Origin: Lytechinus pictus | Lineage: Eukaryota | Assembly (NCBI RefSeq): GCF_037042905.1 | Contig: NC_087251.1 | Location: 14,138,001 to 14,202,000 of the forward strand | Reading direction: 5' to 3' | Length of the DNA stretch: 64,000 nucleotides | Part shown: one piece after another, positions 1-14,956 of the stretch | How positions within the stretch are numbered: the stretch's first letter is position 1 | Layout: each line of letters begins with the position of its first letter | Position numbers and translations under genes: made by a program | The notes under the pieces: model-generated | What the model saw: the letters and a program-made list of their open reading frames with translations, nothing else | The model's database searches: none | Told to the model about the DNA's origin: nothing

Positions 1-1449
1 GAGTGGTTAGACGATTTTATTTGCATGAATGAGTCTTGCAGTCCTTTGCACCATATAAATGGGTAATTTCTGATATGAAAATGTCATGAGGAGTATTGAT
101 ATTCCTTAGTTTCTACTCCAAAGACTATTGTGAAGAAATTTACTGTTGAACCTTTGAATATTGTGAAGGTCAAATGGATAAAATTGGCATTAATTATTTT
201 CTAGCACTGTGTAAAATATCTTTATCAGAAAATATCAAATGACTTTAACTGTAACTATTGTGAAGCAAGAACTCAATAGTTTTATGAATATATATCTTTA
301 TTATCCATTTAATTCGTTCTGGCTTCACTTTTTATGATGTTAGCCTCTAGTGTACATTTTAAATCTTATTCTTTATTTGAAGTCTTACATTTGTTAGACC
401 TATAAATCATTTTTATCTATAATGGCATAATCATGTTATGATTAAGCTATAGTTCATAGATCATCTCTGATCTAATGCAATGTATAAGAATCATTTCATT
501 TAGGATTAAGTAGCCATCAAAAGGTTTAATGTAATTGGCCAATTATATTTCATAATGTGTTCAAGCACTTAAGATTATCAGTATGAATTGTATATCAAAA
601 TAAAAACATATTGTTAGGTTTCTGCAGCAGAGTTTAGGTGATTTTTTAATGAAAATTGAAATCTCCATTTCAAGATCTGCCACGTTGTTCCATGTACTTC
701 ACATTTTGACCCAGGAAGTTTATTTGGCTAACTTGGAATGCCTGAACAGGCCACTATGATGACATAAGATCGTTATTGAGATGTTTTGTTGTGTTCAGAC
801 AATTATCAGGGACCCTTCTTCCTTTTATGTTCCAAATTGCATTCTTTTCAGCATTTCATAATGATATGTTTATATTGGACATTGATTTAAAGAACAACAA
901 AGTACTTTGCTTAAACAAAACCACAAACAACTTTGCAAATTGCAAGTAAAGGGTGAAAAATTATTGTTTGAATTTGAACTCATCCCTAGATGGGGATCAA
1001 AGCAATGGGCCGACTACTTTCCAACATGATCAAAGGTAGGGAACATCATACAGTGCAGATTTGACTCGTGAAGGGGCGGGCAGTCAAACAAAGACTCTGC
1101 TTGTATTTTAGGGATGACAGATTAGAAAGGGAATTGGAGAGATGGTTGGATAGAAGTCGGAGGAGGATAGTAGAATTTTTTGTGATGGAGAGGGGGGAAG
1201 GGGATGACAGAAGTAGGGCATGAAAGTGAGTGGTTATAGGGTGTAGGAGGATGGGGTTTTTAAGAGAGAAACTCAAGAGTCCATGGTTCGCCATAAAATC
1301 ATAGAGTTCAATGGTAAGATTGCCTCTTTTTTTACTATATGTTTAGTTCAAAACCTGGTTGCGCGCATGCAAAGCTTTTTGGTTGTGATCGTGAATAGTC
1401 ATAATCCAAATCTTGCAATAGGTGTGTTTGAATCATAGCTTTGCATAAC

Positions 1450-2483
1450 CAAGGCTCCACATTAACTTTTTTTGGTGGTGGCCCGTTCGGGCCACCAAAA
1501 CCTTCAAATAATTTTTTTTGGTGGCCCGATATTAAAGTTTGGTGGCCCGAAAAATATAAAAAAAAACATTAAAAATGAATAAATGGGTATAAATGGTTTA
1601 ACCACTGTCAAAAAAAATGAAAAAAAATAATAAAACGGCGGAAAAAAATAATAAAACGGCAAAAAAAGTGTGAGAAAATTCCTTCCCTAAATTTGCCAAA
1701 ATGTTGGAAAAATTTACATTTCATATGAATGAAATGCCTTCCCAAAGTATTTACTTTCTCAAGAGTTGTTTAAGAAATCATTTATAAACAAAAAAGAAAG
1801 TAACTGTCTGTTTACTTTTGGCTAGAAAAGACCGGAAAAGACACAGCTTCGAAAGAAACCAAGTAACAACATACATACAAATGCACATGTGGGACTGTGA
1901 TGTACTCACCTATGTGTTTTTATGTGTATTATTTTCATTTGGAAATCGGTCTTTTTTAGTCAAAAGAGAGGTCATGATTCCTCTTTTTAACGCTTGCAAA
2001 TTATCAGGATACACCAGATTTTAGCAAAAAGGTCTGTAGAAGGGCATTTCATTGGTGTAAAATGTGACTTTGACTTGGATTTTCACAGTTCTGTGGAAGA
2101 TTTCTTAGCAGCAACATTTCGTATTGCAGCTCCCTGAGTCTGAATAGGCTGCTAACGCACAGCCGCTTCAAGCATGCAAAGCTCACGCCAGCCGGCCGGC
2201 GCAGCCGGCTGGATAAAAGCTACTTAATGCTGTAGCGGTAGGCCAACTTTGTGTGTGTGTTTGTGTGTAGATCAACAAAAAGGGCGCATGACGAACTGGC
2301 TTGCAATTTGAACTGTAAAAAGTTGATAAATGCGTGCAAAATGTGGAGAAAAATTGCGCTATTCTGAAAATTATTGGTTGCCCGATTCGGGCCACCAAAA
2401 CTTAATATTTTTTCATTAATGGTTGCCCGAGGTGAATTTCTGGTGGCCCCGGGCCACCGGGCCACCGCTAATGTCGAGCCTTG
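1450..2483. mobile_element. Non-autonomous TIR DNA transposon (hAT/P-like)
   Basis: TIRs caaggctccacatta / taatgtcgagccttg, subterminal ggtggcccg repeats, flanking direct repeat gcataac(c) of 7-8 bp. Confidence 0.8.
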
Positions 2484-2811
2484 GCATAACCACAGTCATT
2501 AAAATCGCTTGAATGGACCGAGATCTCTATCGTGATTCTGTGATGTTATGATATTGGCCTCTTTCCTGTTGTGATAAAAGCATTGCATCCACTCTCAGTT
2601 TCTGGGTCGGCTTTAATATTGTCACTTGTTCGTCATCAGTGCTGTGGCATATCTTGAAGTACGAAGAATCAGCATTGATGAAAACTTGCACTCCTACACT
2701 ATCACTTTGCTCACTTATTGAATTACGACAGAATAATAATGACAATTACTTTGTTGTTACTTTGATAATAAATGTGGTTGCTACATAAGCACTACACCAT
2801 TGGTTAGCTCC

Positions 2812-2875
2812 TCAATTCATCAATCGTAATTCTTCTTTGTAATGTTACAAAGAGGAATTACGATTGATGAATTGA
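2812..2875. repeat. Near-perfect 31-bp palindrome, followed by 3x18-bp tandem (aatgtgtgtaattggaac, 2884-2937)
   Basis: tcaattcatcaatcgtaattcttctttgtaa tg ttacaaagaggaattacgattgatgaattga, with one T-G pair. Confidence 0.85.
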
Positions 2876-3841
2876 ATTGTACAAATGTGTGTAATTGGAA
2901 CAATGTGTGTAATTGGAACAATGTGTGTAATTGGAACATTAATGTTAATTGTTTAGGCCATGTATGAAGTGATATTGAAGGAAAAGTAAAGGGTTAAAAA
3001 GGGCAGAGGTAAACTAGTACACCATTACCGAAGAATCAAATAAGGCGGGGGTGGGGGGGGGGGATGGCAGAGGGGCAGTTGCCCCCAGTAATTTCTGAAA
3101 TGCCAAATATATATTTCTTGCAATTTCCACAAAAAATTATTGAAAGTTTATACCAAATCCTTCCATTTTGATTGAATAAATGCAACAAAAAAAGTTGAGG
3201 GAGGGAGGGCGGATTTGCTACAGAGGTAATGGGGTCTTAGCAATTGAAAATAATGTTGGAATGAAACATAGGGAAAAGAATATTGCGTCGAAAATGACGA
3301 AATGAAGACAACACAAGTCTAGGATACCAGTTTTTCATGGGTCCCTGGGAGAAGGGCTAATGCAATTTTCTGAATTGTCTTTGATGAATCCATGAGCATT
3401 TAAGGTCTAGAGAAGAGAAAAGTAGAGAGGATAATAGCATGTTTTTTATTATGTGACAGAAAGACCATTATAGTTTTAGCTTATGATGGACTTACTGATG
3501 CGATAATGATGACAAATTAGATTTTCTCCAATTAAGTCATGATGATTGTACTAAAAATTAATAATTTATCCTTTAAACTCTTACCAAAAATAATAGGAAC
3601 TAGGCAGTCAGTGAAATCCTTTATTAAGGCATGATTTTTTTTTTTTTTTTTTTGGGGGGGATCTTGTGAATGAGGCAGAGGATGTATAGTCTAACTCCAA
3701 AACATTATTCTAAAATGTATTAAAACATGAATTTGGAAAATACCTAAAATTACAAAATTTTGGCGGGAGGGAGATCCCCTTCCATACCCACCTACAGGAG
3801 GTCTGGTCACTGCACTCTCTCACAAGCAACAACTTCCCTTT

Positions 3842-4563
3842 TTATTATACCCGCCAAACAAAGTTTGAAGGTGGTATATAGGAACAAGGTCAGTCGGGCG
3901 GTCCGTTGCAAATCTTGCGCATAAAACTACTTCTTCAGTTTTTAACCAACTCTCCTGAAATTTGGCACACATATTGGACTTGAGGTAGAGATGTGCAAGA
4001 AATACATGTATATAACCTATGTGTCAGAAATCGTGTTTCCATGATAATGACACATATATGGTGAAAATTGGGTAAAAATCTTGCGGTTTGAATTACTTCA
4101 TCAATTTTCAAGCAATTTTCATGAAATTTGGCTCACGCATTGGTTCTGAGGTAAGGATGTCCAAGACGCATATTTTCTTGGTGTCGGAAATCGAGTTGCC
4201 ATGGTGACAACATATGCCCCAAATTAGGTAAAAATCTTGTGGTAATTTACACTAATAAGTTTTCAACTAATTTTCATGAAATATAGCTTACACATTGGTC
4301 TTAAGGTAAGATGTGCAGGGCATATTTTTCCATATGATGAAATTCATGTTGTCATGGTAATAACATATTATATGTCAAAAAAATTCAGTAAAAATCTTGC
4401 AGTTGGAGCTACTTCATCTGTTTTAACTAATTCTCATAATATTTAGCACACACATCAGTCTTAGGGTAAAACTAGGCAAGACTTTTATTCCATGTGTTGG
4501 AAACTGTTGCCATGGTAATGGCATATGGCCGGGGGGTATTAATCACCTTTTGATAGTTCTAGT
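3842..4563 (+). mobile_element. Helentron-associated (HINE/DINE-1-like) element with internal ~145-bp tandem repeats
   Basis: 5' ttattatacccgcc, repeated 'aaaatcttg...actacttc...ttttcatgaaatttggc' units, 3' ggggggtattaatcac..tgat..ctagt. Confidence 0.7.
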
Positions 4564-4643
4564 ATTTATTTGTCTCATTTCTGGTCTTAAAACATTTTTT
4601 TTTTGGCTGTTCTCGCCTTTTATTGCAGAAACAAATGATAATA

Positions 4644-6862
4644 CAGTGTGTCCCAGAAGAAACGAAACCGATATTCAGTGTAATTTGTTGCTATCATGAT
4701 CATAAATTTGCTGCTTCATGAGATGTACATGTACGTGATGAGAAAGATCACATACTTCTTTCATTTGAAGCCCATTGCAATATTCATAATGCATGCATGA
4801 CTGAGCCAGAACAATGGAAAGTGGTGTTACCAAATTTTCATTTGCACAAGCAAATTGCGATTTTGAGTTAGTTTTTCTGGCTTTCAATGCTGTCTATTCA
4901 GAAAAAAAGTTCATAACTTAAATATCAATTTTTTCTTCTTTCATATGAGACATCACACGTTAAATATGATTGATGCATGGTCAAGAAAAAGTTGCCTGAA
5001 AACACGCTCGATTACTACCAATTCGACAGATCGTTGAAAAACAATTATTTCGTTTTGCCAACAAAGTAGCAGACAATGGGCTAACAGTGAATGCTATTCG
5101 GGCCGGGGAAGGAAAGCCCTTGATTGTTGCAATAGTAATAATTTTGATAATTACATGAAAACATGCTCAAATTCTACCTATTCGACAGATCGTTGAAAAA
5201 CAAGCATTCATGTTCCCAATAAAGCAAAGACAGTGGACTAGCTAGAATACGCCTTGAGTACAATATTACAGTTGGCTTGAATAATCGTTGTTTGGATTCT
5301 TTGAAACTTGTAAAAAGTTACGTGAAATTATTGGATGAGGCAGGGTCAGCAGAAAGTTGGATGGGGGTGACCCATTAAAAAAAAAAATTATTCTGGGTAA
5401 AAAAACGGCTCTCTCCTCTGCACTTGCAAAAAGTGATGCACCCCTTTTCTGCTTCACCCCACCCCCTGTGAAATGTAGCGACAAATAAAATGACTGAAAG
5501 AAGTTTGAGATACAAAATCATCAAAATTATTATAATTGCAACATTGAATTCCCATTGCCAGAGAATCGAGCCTAAGAAAATCCATGGCATTTGACTCCTA
5601 TCAGTGTCATAGCTTATTCCAAATAAATAACAACAATGAAGGGCTTTCCTTCCCGGTTTTGTTGGGAAAATGAAATGCTCGTTTTTCAACGATCCCTCAA
5701 ATAGGTAGTAATCGAGCGTGTTTTCAGGCAACTTTTTCTCGACTATGCGTCAATTGTATGAAGAGTTTGGTTGCAAAAGGGGTATGGTCCACTTTGGACC
5801 ATTCCAAGAAAACTCACATTTTTTATTCTCACTTATTGCAATATTCTTATGAGAAACTAAATTGTCATGATGTACTACCCTATCATGTGAACATAAAATT
5901 GGGTATAAAAGAAATCTAACTGTCTTCAATTTTTTTCTATACATTTTTTCAAAAATTATCATTCTGCAAGTAAACTAAAATGAATCCAATCTGATTTGAA
6001 TGAAAAAAAGTGATTTTTCTTTGCCAATTTTATTCATGTTTTAAAGTGAATTTTAAATTTTCTGTGGTATCATCAGAGCGACTGAAGATCTATAGGTTTT
6101 GAGACAGAAAACAATAAAATTCATGAAAAATGGACCTAAAAACTGTTGACAATGAGCTCTTCAGAAGAGTTTGGTTGCAAAAGGGGTTAGGTCCACTCCA
6201 AGAAAATCATTTTTTTTATTCTCCCATATTGCGAAACAAAATTTTCATGATACCATACCATGTGAACATAAAATTGGGTATAATAAAAATCTACCTGTCT
6301 TCATATATTCATTTCCAAAACATTTCTTTGTGTGCCTAACCCCTTTTGCAACCAAACTGAAATGGACCTAACCCCTTTTGAAAAAAGTGAATTTTTTTTG
6401 CCATTTTTGTTCACTTTTTAATGGGAATTTAACCTTTTCTTTTGTATCATCTTATAGAGAAACTAAAAATCTATACATTGAGACAAAAAAAAAATCAAAT
6501 TTGATGAAAAATGGACCTAACCCCTTTTGCAACTGAGTTCTTCATATGTATTGCATGATGTCTCATATGAAAGAAAGAAAGTTGGATATTTAAGTTATGA
6601 ACTTTGTTTTCGATATAGACAGCATTAAACGCCAGAATAACTAACCCCAAAATCGCAATCTGCTTGTGCAAATGAAAATTTGGTGACACCACTTTCCATT
6701 GTTCTAACTCAGTCATGCATGCATTATGAACATTGAGATGGGCTTCAAATGAAAGAAGAGAAGCATATCTTTCCGTTCATGTACATTTCATGAAGCAAAT
6801 TTATGATCATGATAGCAGAAAATAACACTGAATCTCGGTTTCGTTTTTTCTGGGACGCACTG
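4644..6862. mobile_element. Tc1/mariner-type non-autonomous element with long (~320 bp) inverted arms and nested insert
   Basis: TA|cagtgtgtcccagaagaaacgaaaccg ... cggtttcgttttttctgggacgcactg|TA; 4644-4968 is inverted at ~6543-6862; internal ~400-bp tandem duplication (5757-6160, 6164-6545). Confidence 0.85.
4969..5754. mobile_element. TIR element nested in the Tc1-like element
   Basis: attgatgcatggtcaagaaaaagttgcctgaaaacacgctcgattactacc / ggtagtaatcgagcgtgttttcaggcaactttttctcgactatgcgtcaat. Confidence 0.8.
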
Positions 6863-9800
6863 TATAATCTAATGGTTTTGACATAATTTTCTCAAGGAAA
6901 TAAAGGAGTTGTACAGTTTACCAGCACACTTCTCTTTTCAGTACTGTTCTATTTCTTTTTTTTTGCTTGAAAAGGGATTGCCCCTTCTACATGTGGTGCC
7001 GCAGCTGGCCTATCAAGCTTGTATAGTGTAAAAAAAATAGATGGGTACTTGCATTATCATAGACCCTCTAAGAAGAAACAGTTTAAAATTTGCAAATTAA
7101 AGAAGAAGACTTAATTACGTACATATAATTTATGGGAGTTTGACAGTTCATTGAAGGTCAGATAATTGTATAACATTATGGTGTGTATGTGGTTGATAAG
7201 TACCCCCATGTCTGCTGAACTCATTAAACCATATATTTATGTAAAGGTGATACACTTCATAGATGATCTAGACTTAAGCTAGTTTTCTACAGCAAAGCTA
7301 ATGATCTAAATTATCAGTTCAGTTATTATACACAAATATGGGATAGTTGTTTTTATCTACTGAAACCCATGCTGAAACCAAGTGATTGTTTTGTTACAAC
7401 TATAAACTAACTGAAACAGTTTTATGCCAGTTATCCTGTAGCTACCATTACTCGTGACACTCGTATGGAGTTCATGAACTTTTCTTTTGGGATGACTGAT
7501 TAAATACGTGTCTGCATTAAAGTTGTATGTTTATAGGAATGGGTATATAATGCCCATTCAAACATCTTTCCTGTTTTAGGTGCAGTTGTAAATTAAGATT
7601 TTTTTAGTACGAATCTCAATTAATGATAATTAATAATTAGGTGCAGTTGTAAATTAAACTTGTATTTTGAGTACAACTCTCAATTAATAATAATAATTAT
7701 TATTATCATTATAATCAATAATTAAGTGGTTATATGATAAAAGTCAAACAACAATTACAATGAAAAATTGTGATAATATTTTTCTCCTGCTTAAAATTGT
7801 TGATTCTAGGGAATTATCATGGACCTCTGCAGAGCTTGGATACACTTTGACTTTTGTTGCTTCAACAAGCATAACTGACGAAGCCCGAAATTTATAGCTT
7901 CCTTGATTGCGGATAGGAAGTGTTTATTTTGTGGAATTAGATTATGATTTAAGCAGTTTCTGATAATTTTTAAATCCATCGTTGAGGAACTCTCTCCATC
8001 GTTGTGGATAAAATCATTCATTGATTCTTCCTTATACATGTAGGCTTCAAATTCAATGGCTCTCTTTAATATTCAAGCTACCCCGACATTGACTATCCCA
8101 TATCAGTCTCAGGTGCAGGAATCACACATAAATCATCATCAATTTGAATACTCTTGTTTCTTGGGACGGTATTGCATTTTTTCTCTCCTCAAATCAGTGT
8201 GATTTCATTTTATATGCTGTCCCCGGAAGCCTACATATACACAGCAGTGTCTTTTCAACAGACGAAGAGACATATATCATGGTGTTACATGTAGGTCTTA
8301 TCGACAGAGATTTTGTTAATTAAAAAATCACGAGAAGAGAGAGAGAGAAAGCAACATAGAGAGTAAAGTTAAAGAGTTGATTGATGAGGATTCTGTTTCT
8401 GGAACATTCCTTAAGAATTGTAATGAGTGAAGATACCATTGAAATCATAGTCCTACTTTCATTTAAAAAAAGAGGTGAATGAACTATGATAATATGTAAT
8501 ATTTGAGTATTGCACATATATTTCATTGTTGACATTGTCAGAAGATTGAATGTGATAAAAGCTAGAAAATGTGCACTATGAAAACAATTTTAAAAAGTTT
8601 TTCTCAATAAAGTAAGTGTTGGTTTGAGAGTATTGAACTGGAGAACCATTTGCTTTTTTTATGTCTCATTGCAATGTCCCTGTTGAATTCCGCGCTTTTA
8701 AGGTGTGAGATCTGCAGAGATGGGTATCTCCAAGTTGCGAAGGATTGTCTCAACAAAAAATCCCAGAAATCCCTCTAGAGCTGTGATTTTACACTTCCAA
8801 TTTGTCTGTTTGGTTTCTTCGCCATGATGCTATTTTTGTGTCCTTTATACCACATTGATGGATGGTGTGGTGGACTTCGAACATTCCTCATCACTTTATG
8901 CTCTATCTGTATCTTATCTATGTGATAACTCAATTTCATTGGACTGATCATATACAGTGTTTAAAATCTGTGTAGTGTGGAATATTAGAAAGAGGATCTT
9001 CTTGGCAATATACCCATTATTGGAGCAGTTTGTCCACTCCAAGATCAGTGAGAGATGAATGAATCACACGTTGGTGTATAGGATGGTTATTGTAACCACA
9101 TGTTACACCGAATATAGATAGATCTCTATTTTCAGAGTTAACCATCACATTTAAGGTGCATCCACACCTTCCTGACCAGTAAAGTTCCTGTAGTTAATCG
9201 GAATTTGCATCAGACCACAAAGTAATGACTTATAAAATAATGCCAATTATTATTAGCAACATGAATGCTAATCTGATAGTACGTTGTCAAATTTTCTGCC
9301 TTGAATTCTTAAATAAACATGCCAACAATTATCTGGTATTATACTTGTGACTTCTGGATTTCAGTCTACTTTATTAAAATGAGCACTTATACATGTAAAT
9401 ACCATCTTTCCCCATGAAGCTCAAAACTTTGGCCACCCAAAACCTACGTACTGAAATTTGTTCATACTTCTAAGCTTTGGTACAGTTAAAATGCTCCTCA
9501 CAACAGCATACAGGTAAGGCATTCACCATTGGTTTTGGCAGGTCAAACGCTTTGTTCATACCTGGAAAGAGCTTCTCATGGTCAAAAAGGTTGTTACATT
9601 TGGTACCATTTAAAATGATCCACTCTTCAACAGCGATCAACCCCCCCCCCCCCCCCCCCCGGAAAATGAACCTACTACTTGTTTGTAAAATTTTATGAGC
9701 ATTTCATTTTCAACATTTTGCTAGTTACATACAGAATTTATTTCATTCATCTCCATTTTTTCAAATGTTGTGCCAACAACGTTACCCTCTGTTTAAAGCT

Positions 9801-11582
9801 TTTCACTGCACTGAAAATTTGTTTTTATTGACTCTATAGGGGAAGTCTTTCAAGGTGTTGAAAAGAGTTCTTCAAAAAATTGAAATGCCTTTCTTTTTTC
9901 ATCCCACACTCTATTTCTCTTTAACTTCTCTCTTCCACTTCTCTCCCACTACCTTTTCACATTTTCTCTTCCTCTTTCACCCCTTCTCTGTCCCCCTCTT
10001 TCTCTTTCTGGCCTCTTTCACTTTCTTTCCCTCTCTGTCATGTTTTCCACTCCATCTCCCATCTTTTGTGAAACCCTTCTCACATTCAACTGTATAAATT
10101 GACCTATACATCTCTTTCATCCTTAATTTCCCCTCTCTCAAACACTTTTTCTTTGCTATTCCCATGATTGCCTACTTTTTGTCTCTTTTCTTTGCTTCCT
10201 GTACTTGATTGGTTAAGAAGCTTAAGCATTGCAATGACTTCAATTCCGTTATTATTATTTGTCTACATTTTATGTTCATAGATTTACATCTTGTAAATTT
10301 GATGGCACATCAAATAACGATCTTCATATTGGTTTAGATGGCTATTGTCTGATGGTAGCACTTTCTTTCTTTATAACAAACCTGAAGCAGTGATCATTTC
10401 CTTGATGCTACTTTATTTCATTCAGCGAAAGTTTCCCTACATATTATTGTTTTCCTAAAAATAGTTCAATAATCTAAAATAAAAGGAATACATGGAAATA
10501 CAGTTATTCATACAGCCGTATATGACACCATAACACAAATGGAAAAGAGATCTGATTAAAGTGCCAAGAAGAATGTTACAGCACAAATCATTTGTAGTTT
10601 TTCCTGACAAAATTCTCTCTCTGAATACCCTTGATGAACATTGCTATAAGATTTGTACTGAGCTACTTTTCTTTTTTTTTAAATTTTATTTATTGCAACA
10701 TGAAATATAAAATCTGACTTTATTTACATAACAAATACTGATCACAAAATAAGAGGGATACTCTGAATAGTATAAATGCAAATGTGGGAATAAATAGCTG
10801 ACAAACACTACAGAGACGTTCTTTTAATTTTAAATTTTATGATGTCTATCTCATACATTTTAAGCAAGCATAATCTGTGGTTAAGGCAATCTGTGGTTAG
10901 TGCAGTCTTCACACAAGCCCAAATATTATAGGGTAAAATTATAGTCTTTGTTCTGCCACCTCTATTCATTTGCTATGAAATTTATCTCCAAGAGTTGCAC
11001 TGTTCATAAAGTAGATCATGGCATTTCATAAATGGTTAAAGTGTGACTTAAGTTTGTGATTAAAATACCAATGACTTGTATTCTAGTGATAACCAGTGAG
11101 TATTATACCCGGGCTCCCTACATCGTCTGACCACTGTAGTGACGTGTTGTAACTTACAAACATCCAGAAACAGAAGCACCATATTAATTCAAACTTTAAT
11201 TCAATCTTTAGTTTAGATTAGCTTTGCAATTGTAGTTTTGGATATTGTTTAGTATTTTTTTATATAATTAGAAATTTATCCCTTTGTAAAACAGTCCCTG
11301 AGCCCCATAACAATAGTGCATGATTCTAAGACTGATTCTAAAATTTGACGACGATCGTCCGAACTGTTGTATCACACATGCGACAGTGCAAATCCATTTT
11401 AAGAGAAAATTGACTTCAACGTTTACTATAATTTCCACACTTTGTTTCCCAGATTTACAACGTAAAAGTGGTTTAAGCTGTTTATATTTTCCCTGTTACA
11501 GTACACGTTTCCAATGGGATTTGCACATTTTATTAACAATTTGTATAGAATCGCTGTGAGAATCCCCACATATCTCAGAAAC

Positions 11583-11940
11583 TGGCCACCCTTTCACACG
11601 GTAAAAATTGTAATTTAAATGATTCCAGTGGAAAATAAGGCTGATGACAAATATTTAGCACGTTTGAAACCAAACTAGAATATGATTAGCATCACAAAAG
11701 CTAATCACAATCAGAAATTTGAATTCTCCTCCGGAGGTGAATTCCATTGCCTTTTCACACGTGATTCATGAATCATCATTGTAATGATGATTGCTATTGT
11801 AGTCATGACTGTGATTAGCGTTCATGATTCTAATCATGTTCTAGTCTGGTTTCACACAAGCTAAATATTCGTCATTAGCCTCATTTTTCACTGGAATCAT
11901 CATTCGAATTACGATTTTTTACATTGTGAAATGGCGGCTA
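11583..11940. repeat. Degenerate inverted repeat (~130-bp arms) within a probable Harbinger-like MITE cluster (~11300-12245)
   Basis: 11583-11713 is inverted at 11806-11940 with mixed mismatch types; tttcacac/gtgtgaaaaggcc motifs. Confidence 0.7.
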
Positions 11941-14082
11941 ATTAAGTTTCACTCAAATTATGGTACAAATTTTGCATGTGAAAGACTCGACCTCTTTTGG
12001 AGGCGGAGCTTACATGACCTTTCAAGCACTTCCGCAGATAATACAATTGTCATGCACTCATCATAGTTTGTATTTGCAATGCAGTGCTTTGATTGACAAG
12101 TCACCAAGGACACACCGCCTTCGCTCAGGAATTCGAATTCAAATCCCAGTTTTCGAGTGAACTTGTGAAAGGTCCGATGATTCTAAAGACGAATTGCAAT
12201 AATCCTTACAATGATGATTCAAGATTCAGGTGTGAAAAGGCCCTAAAATAAATTTCTGCCTAGAAATTTAAGGATGTATAGAATTGGACTTTTACTTTCA
12301 ATTTCTGCAAAAATCTCAAAATCATTTTTTTAAACCAAAATTTACTGATACGATGGTTTGGATGAACGCCAACAAATTTATGACATTTATTTGTGTAACA
12401 GGCCCAAATTTTCTAGACTTAATGATGCACTCCTTCTGTTCCATGGATCTTTATTTTATTTTATTTTTTTTCTTTTCAGCCAAATTTTTAAATGTAAATG
12501 ATGTATTTTTAGGTAAGATGAAAACAATACATGTAAATAAAAGTTATTGGTCACATTTTGAAATTGAATTGTTATGAACACTGAATATGAGTGAGGAGTG
12601 GCTACATTTATGAAATATTAAATTGATTCTTTGCATTTATATTATAAATTGATTATGCACCAGTAAAACTTGTTAGTCTAACATTTTTGATACATGGTCA
12701 CTCCTCGACCACTTTAATTGTTGACTTTGGGTTTTTACTGAAGTATTAAAAGGAAAATACGAGCATAAATTCAATGTAAGTACTTGCCTGTATAGTTTAG
12801 TATCCCTTCCTTTGTGAAGTGCAGTCAAGAAGAAATAACACTTTAGATAAATAAGGAAGAACAAGTTTGAGAAAGATCCCAGGGAGTACATCTACTAGAA
12901 TGGGAATAGTGTACCTGCATCCGTGGAGCTGGACAGAGACTGACTGGGGATGAATTGTGTACCTTCTCCCCATCACATACACAGGTACGCATGCAAACAC
13001 ATGCTCATGCTCACATGCATGGGTACTATTTTAAGTGCAGTGTGCAAAACAAATTTTATGATATGCATCTCATCTCCCAACTATAGAACAAAAAACCAGA
13101 AGAAATAAAGAAGTACATGCATGCCAATAAAGAAACCATGGAAAACTGATTAGGAAATAATACCTTCAAAACGGAAATGTTGTACATTGTAATTTGTATT
13201 TATTAGGGATATCCGATGCCAATGCCCTCATTATTTTGTTTAAATAGAATGATAGCACTTTTTGCTGACTGCTGTGCTGTGTCTTTTGAGAGAAATATAA
13301 TTACTATTAACATGTTTAATTAGGCATCAGGTGTTGTATATCAAGAAGTGTGTGATTTATTTGCTCATTTGTTCATTCTTGCCATGTGGTACAGGTGCCT
13401 TTGGAAGAGCAGTTGTTGATAATGAATGTCAATTTGCAAAAAAAAATGAAATTATTTTATCTTATGTCGAGCTTCTGTACAATAACACTTTTAAGATTGG
13501 GACAGGTATGACTGCTCCATTTTGATAATTCAAAAGTTTGATTTCTTTTATCTATAAAATCCTACATGATAACCATAAGTGATTAGAGCTGATGTAAGAT
13601 TGGATATAAAAAGGCTGCCTTTTTATTTTTTTATTTTTATTTCTTTTATTTCCTCTTTTTTGTTTGATTGCATGTGATTGTTTGTGATTTGTTTTGATTT
13701 GTTCAATAAAAACGTTAAAACAAATGAAATGAGTGAATGGATCAATGAAAAAATGAGATATTGATAAACAACCCTACAGTATATTCCAAGCATTTTCTCT
13801 GCATACGATTTTAGAATTTATTTTAGTTGCAGCTAACATTGAGAAGTTTTAAAATCGTCAGAGATCTACATGTAGATCTAGTACATTAACAAAATTCTAG
13901 CTTAATGAAATCTAACCTGAAATGCAATGATACTGAAGATCACCAGTGCAAAATAGCACGTGTGTGACAATGTATTATTATTTTGCTTCGAAAAAGACAT
14001 TTCACTCACATCTCAACCATTTTGTACCAGAATCGATGGCACACAAACCCTCATATATATATATATATATATATATAAGCTA

Positions 14083-14147
14083 CGTCCCACAAAAAACGAA
14101 ACCGATAAATCAATTAATCTTGGTTTCGTTTTTTGTGGGACGCACTG
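14083..14147. mobile_element. Miniature TIR-only derivative of the same Tc1-like family, within (TA)n
   Basis: cgtcccacaaaaaacgaaacc...ggtttcgttttttgtgggacgcactg|TA, matching the ends of 4644-6862. Confidence 0.75.
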
Positions 14148-14956
14148 TATATATCTATATATATATATATTACACAAACACTTCGTCTTAGTGATCTTCT
14201 TTTTGATTATTTTAAGAGCTGAGAAATTTGTTCACACTCTGTGAAAAAGAATAGCTTTAAAAACCTTCAATTAATCTGATTAATATTGATTATCAAAGTT
14301 TTGATTCATCATCAGTTAAAATACAAAATAACAACATGAATCACTTTATGCTTGAAAATTATGGAATATATTTATTATTCAAATGTCTAACAAAAAAACC
14401 TTTTTCACTGCTAAAATATAATATCTGTCAAATATCTATCAGTGAAAGAAATATATGTAATCATTGTAAGAAAAAAAATCAATTTAATTCATATAATTGA
14501 ACCTCTCAGTTTCAAAATCATATTTTCGCTAGAATATTAGCATAATGAATATGCTGATTGTATGATACTCATTACACTGAAGAAATCTTAAGTAATGTTG
14601 TCCTTTGTAGTAACCCCCCCCCCCCCCCTCCCCAGCCCTCTGAATTTCTCACTAATGTTCTCTCTACAGGTCTGTAATCTGAAACCAGCAAAATTTGAGA
14701 TTTAGTTCCACTAATAGTATTTCATATATTGTTTGTTTTATTTTTTTATGGGGGGGGGGGGTAGGCTGTTCTGGCTGCTGTTAATATTTTCATTTTTATT
14801 TATAGATTGTCTTAGCAGCTTTGGAATTAATTTTTTTGCATGTAATTCTAGCAAGCTTTGGGTTTCATTTCTGTTTATTGGCTCTGTGAGCTTTTGATTT
14901 CATTCATTTGCATAAGTTGTGCTGGTAGATTTCACTTTCATTGCTTAACATACATG

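Noticed and set aside
11583..11940. Long inverted repeat as a structured RNA module
   Set aside because: Mismatch types are mixed with no strand bias, and MITE-like motifs are present; treated as transposon-derived.
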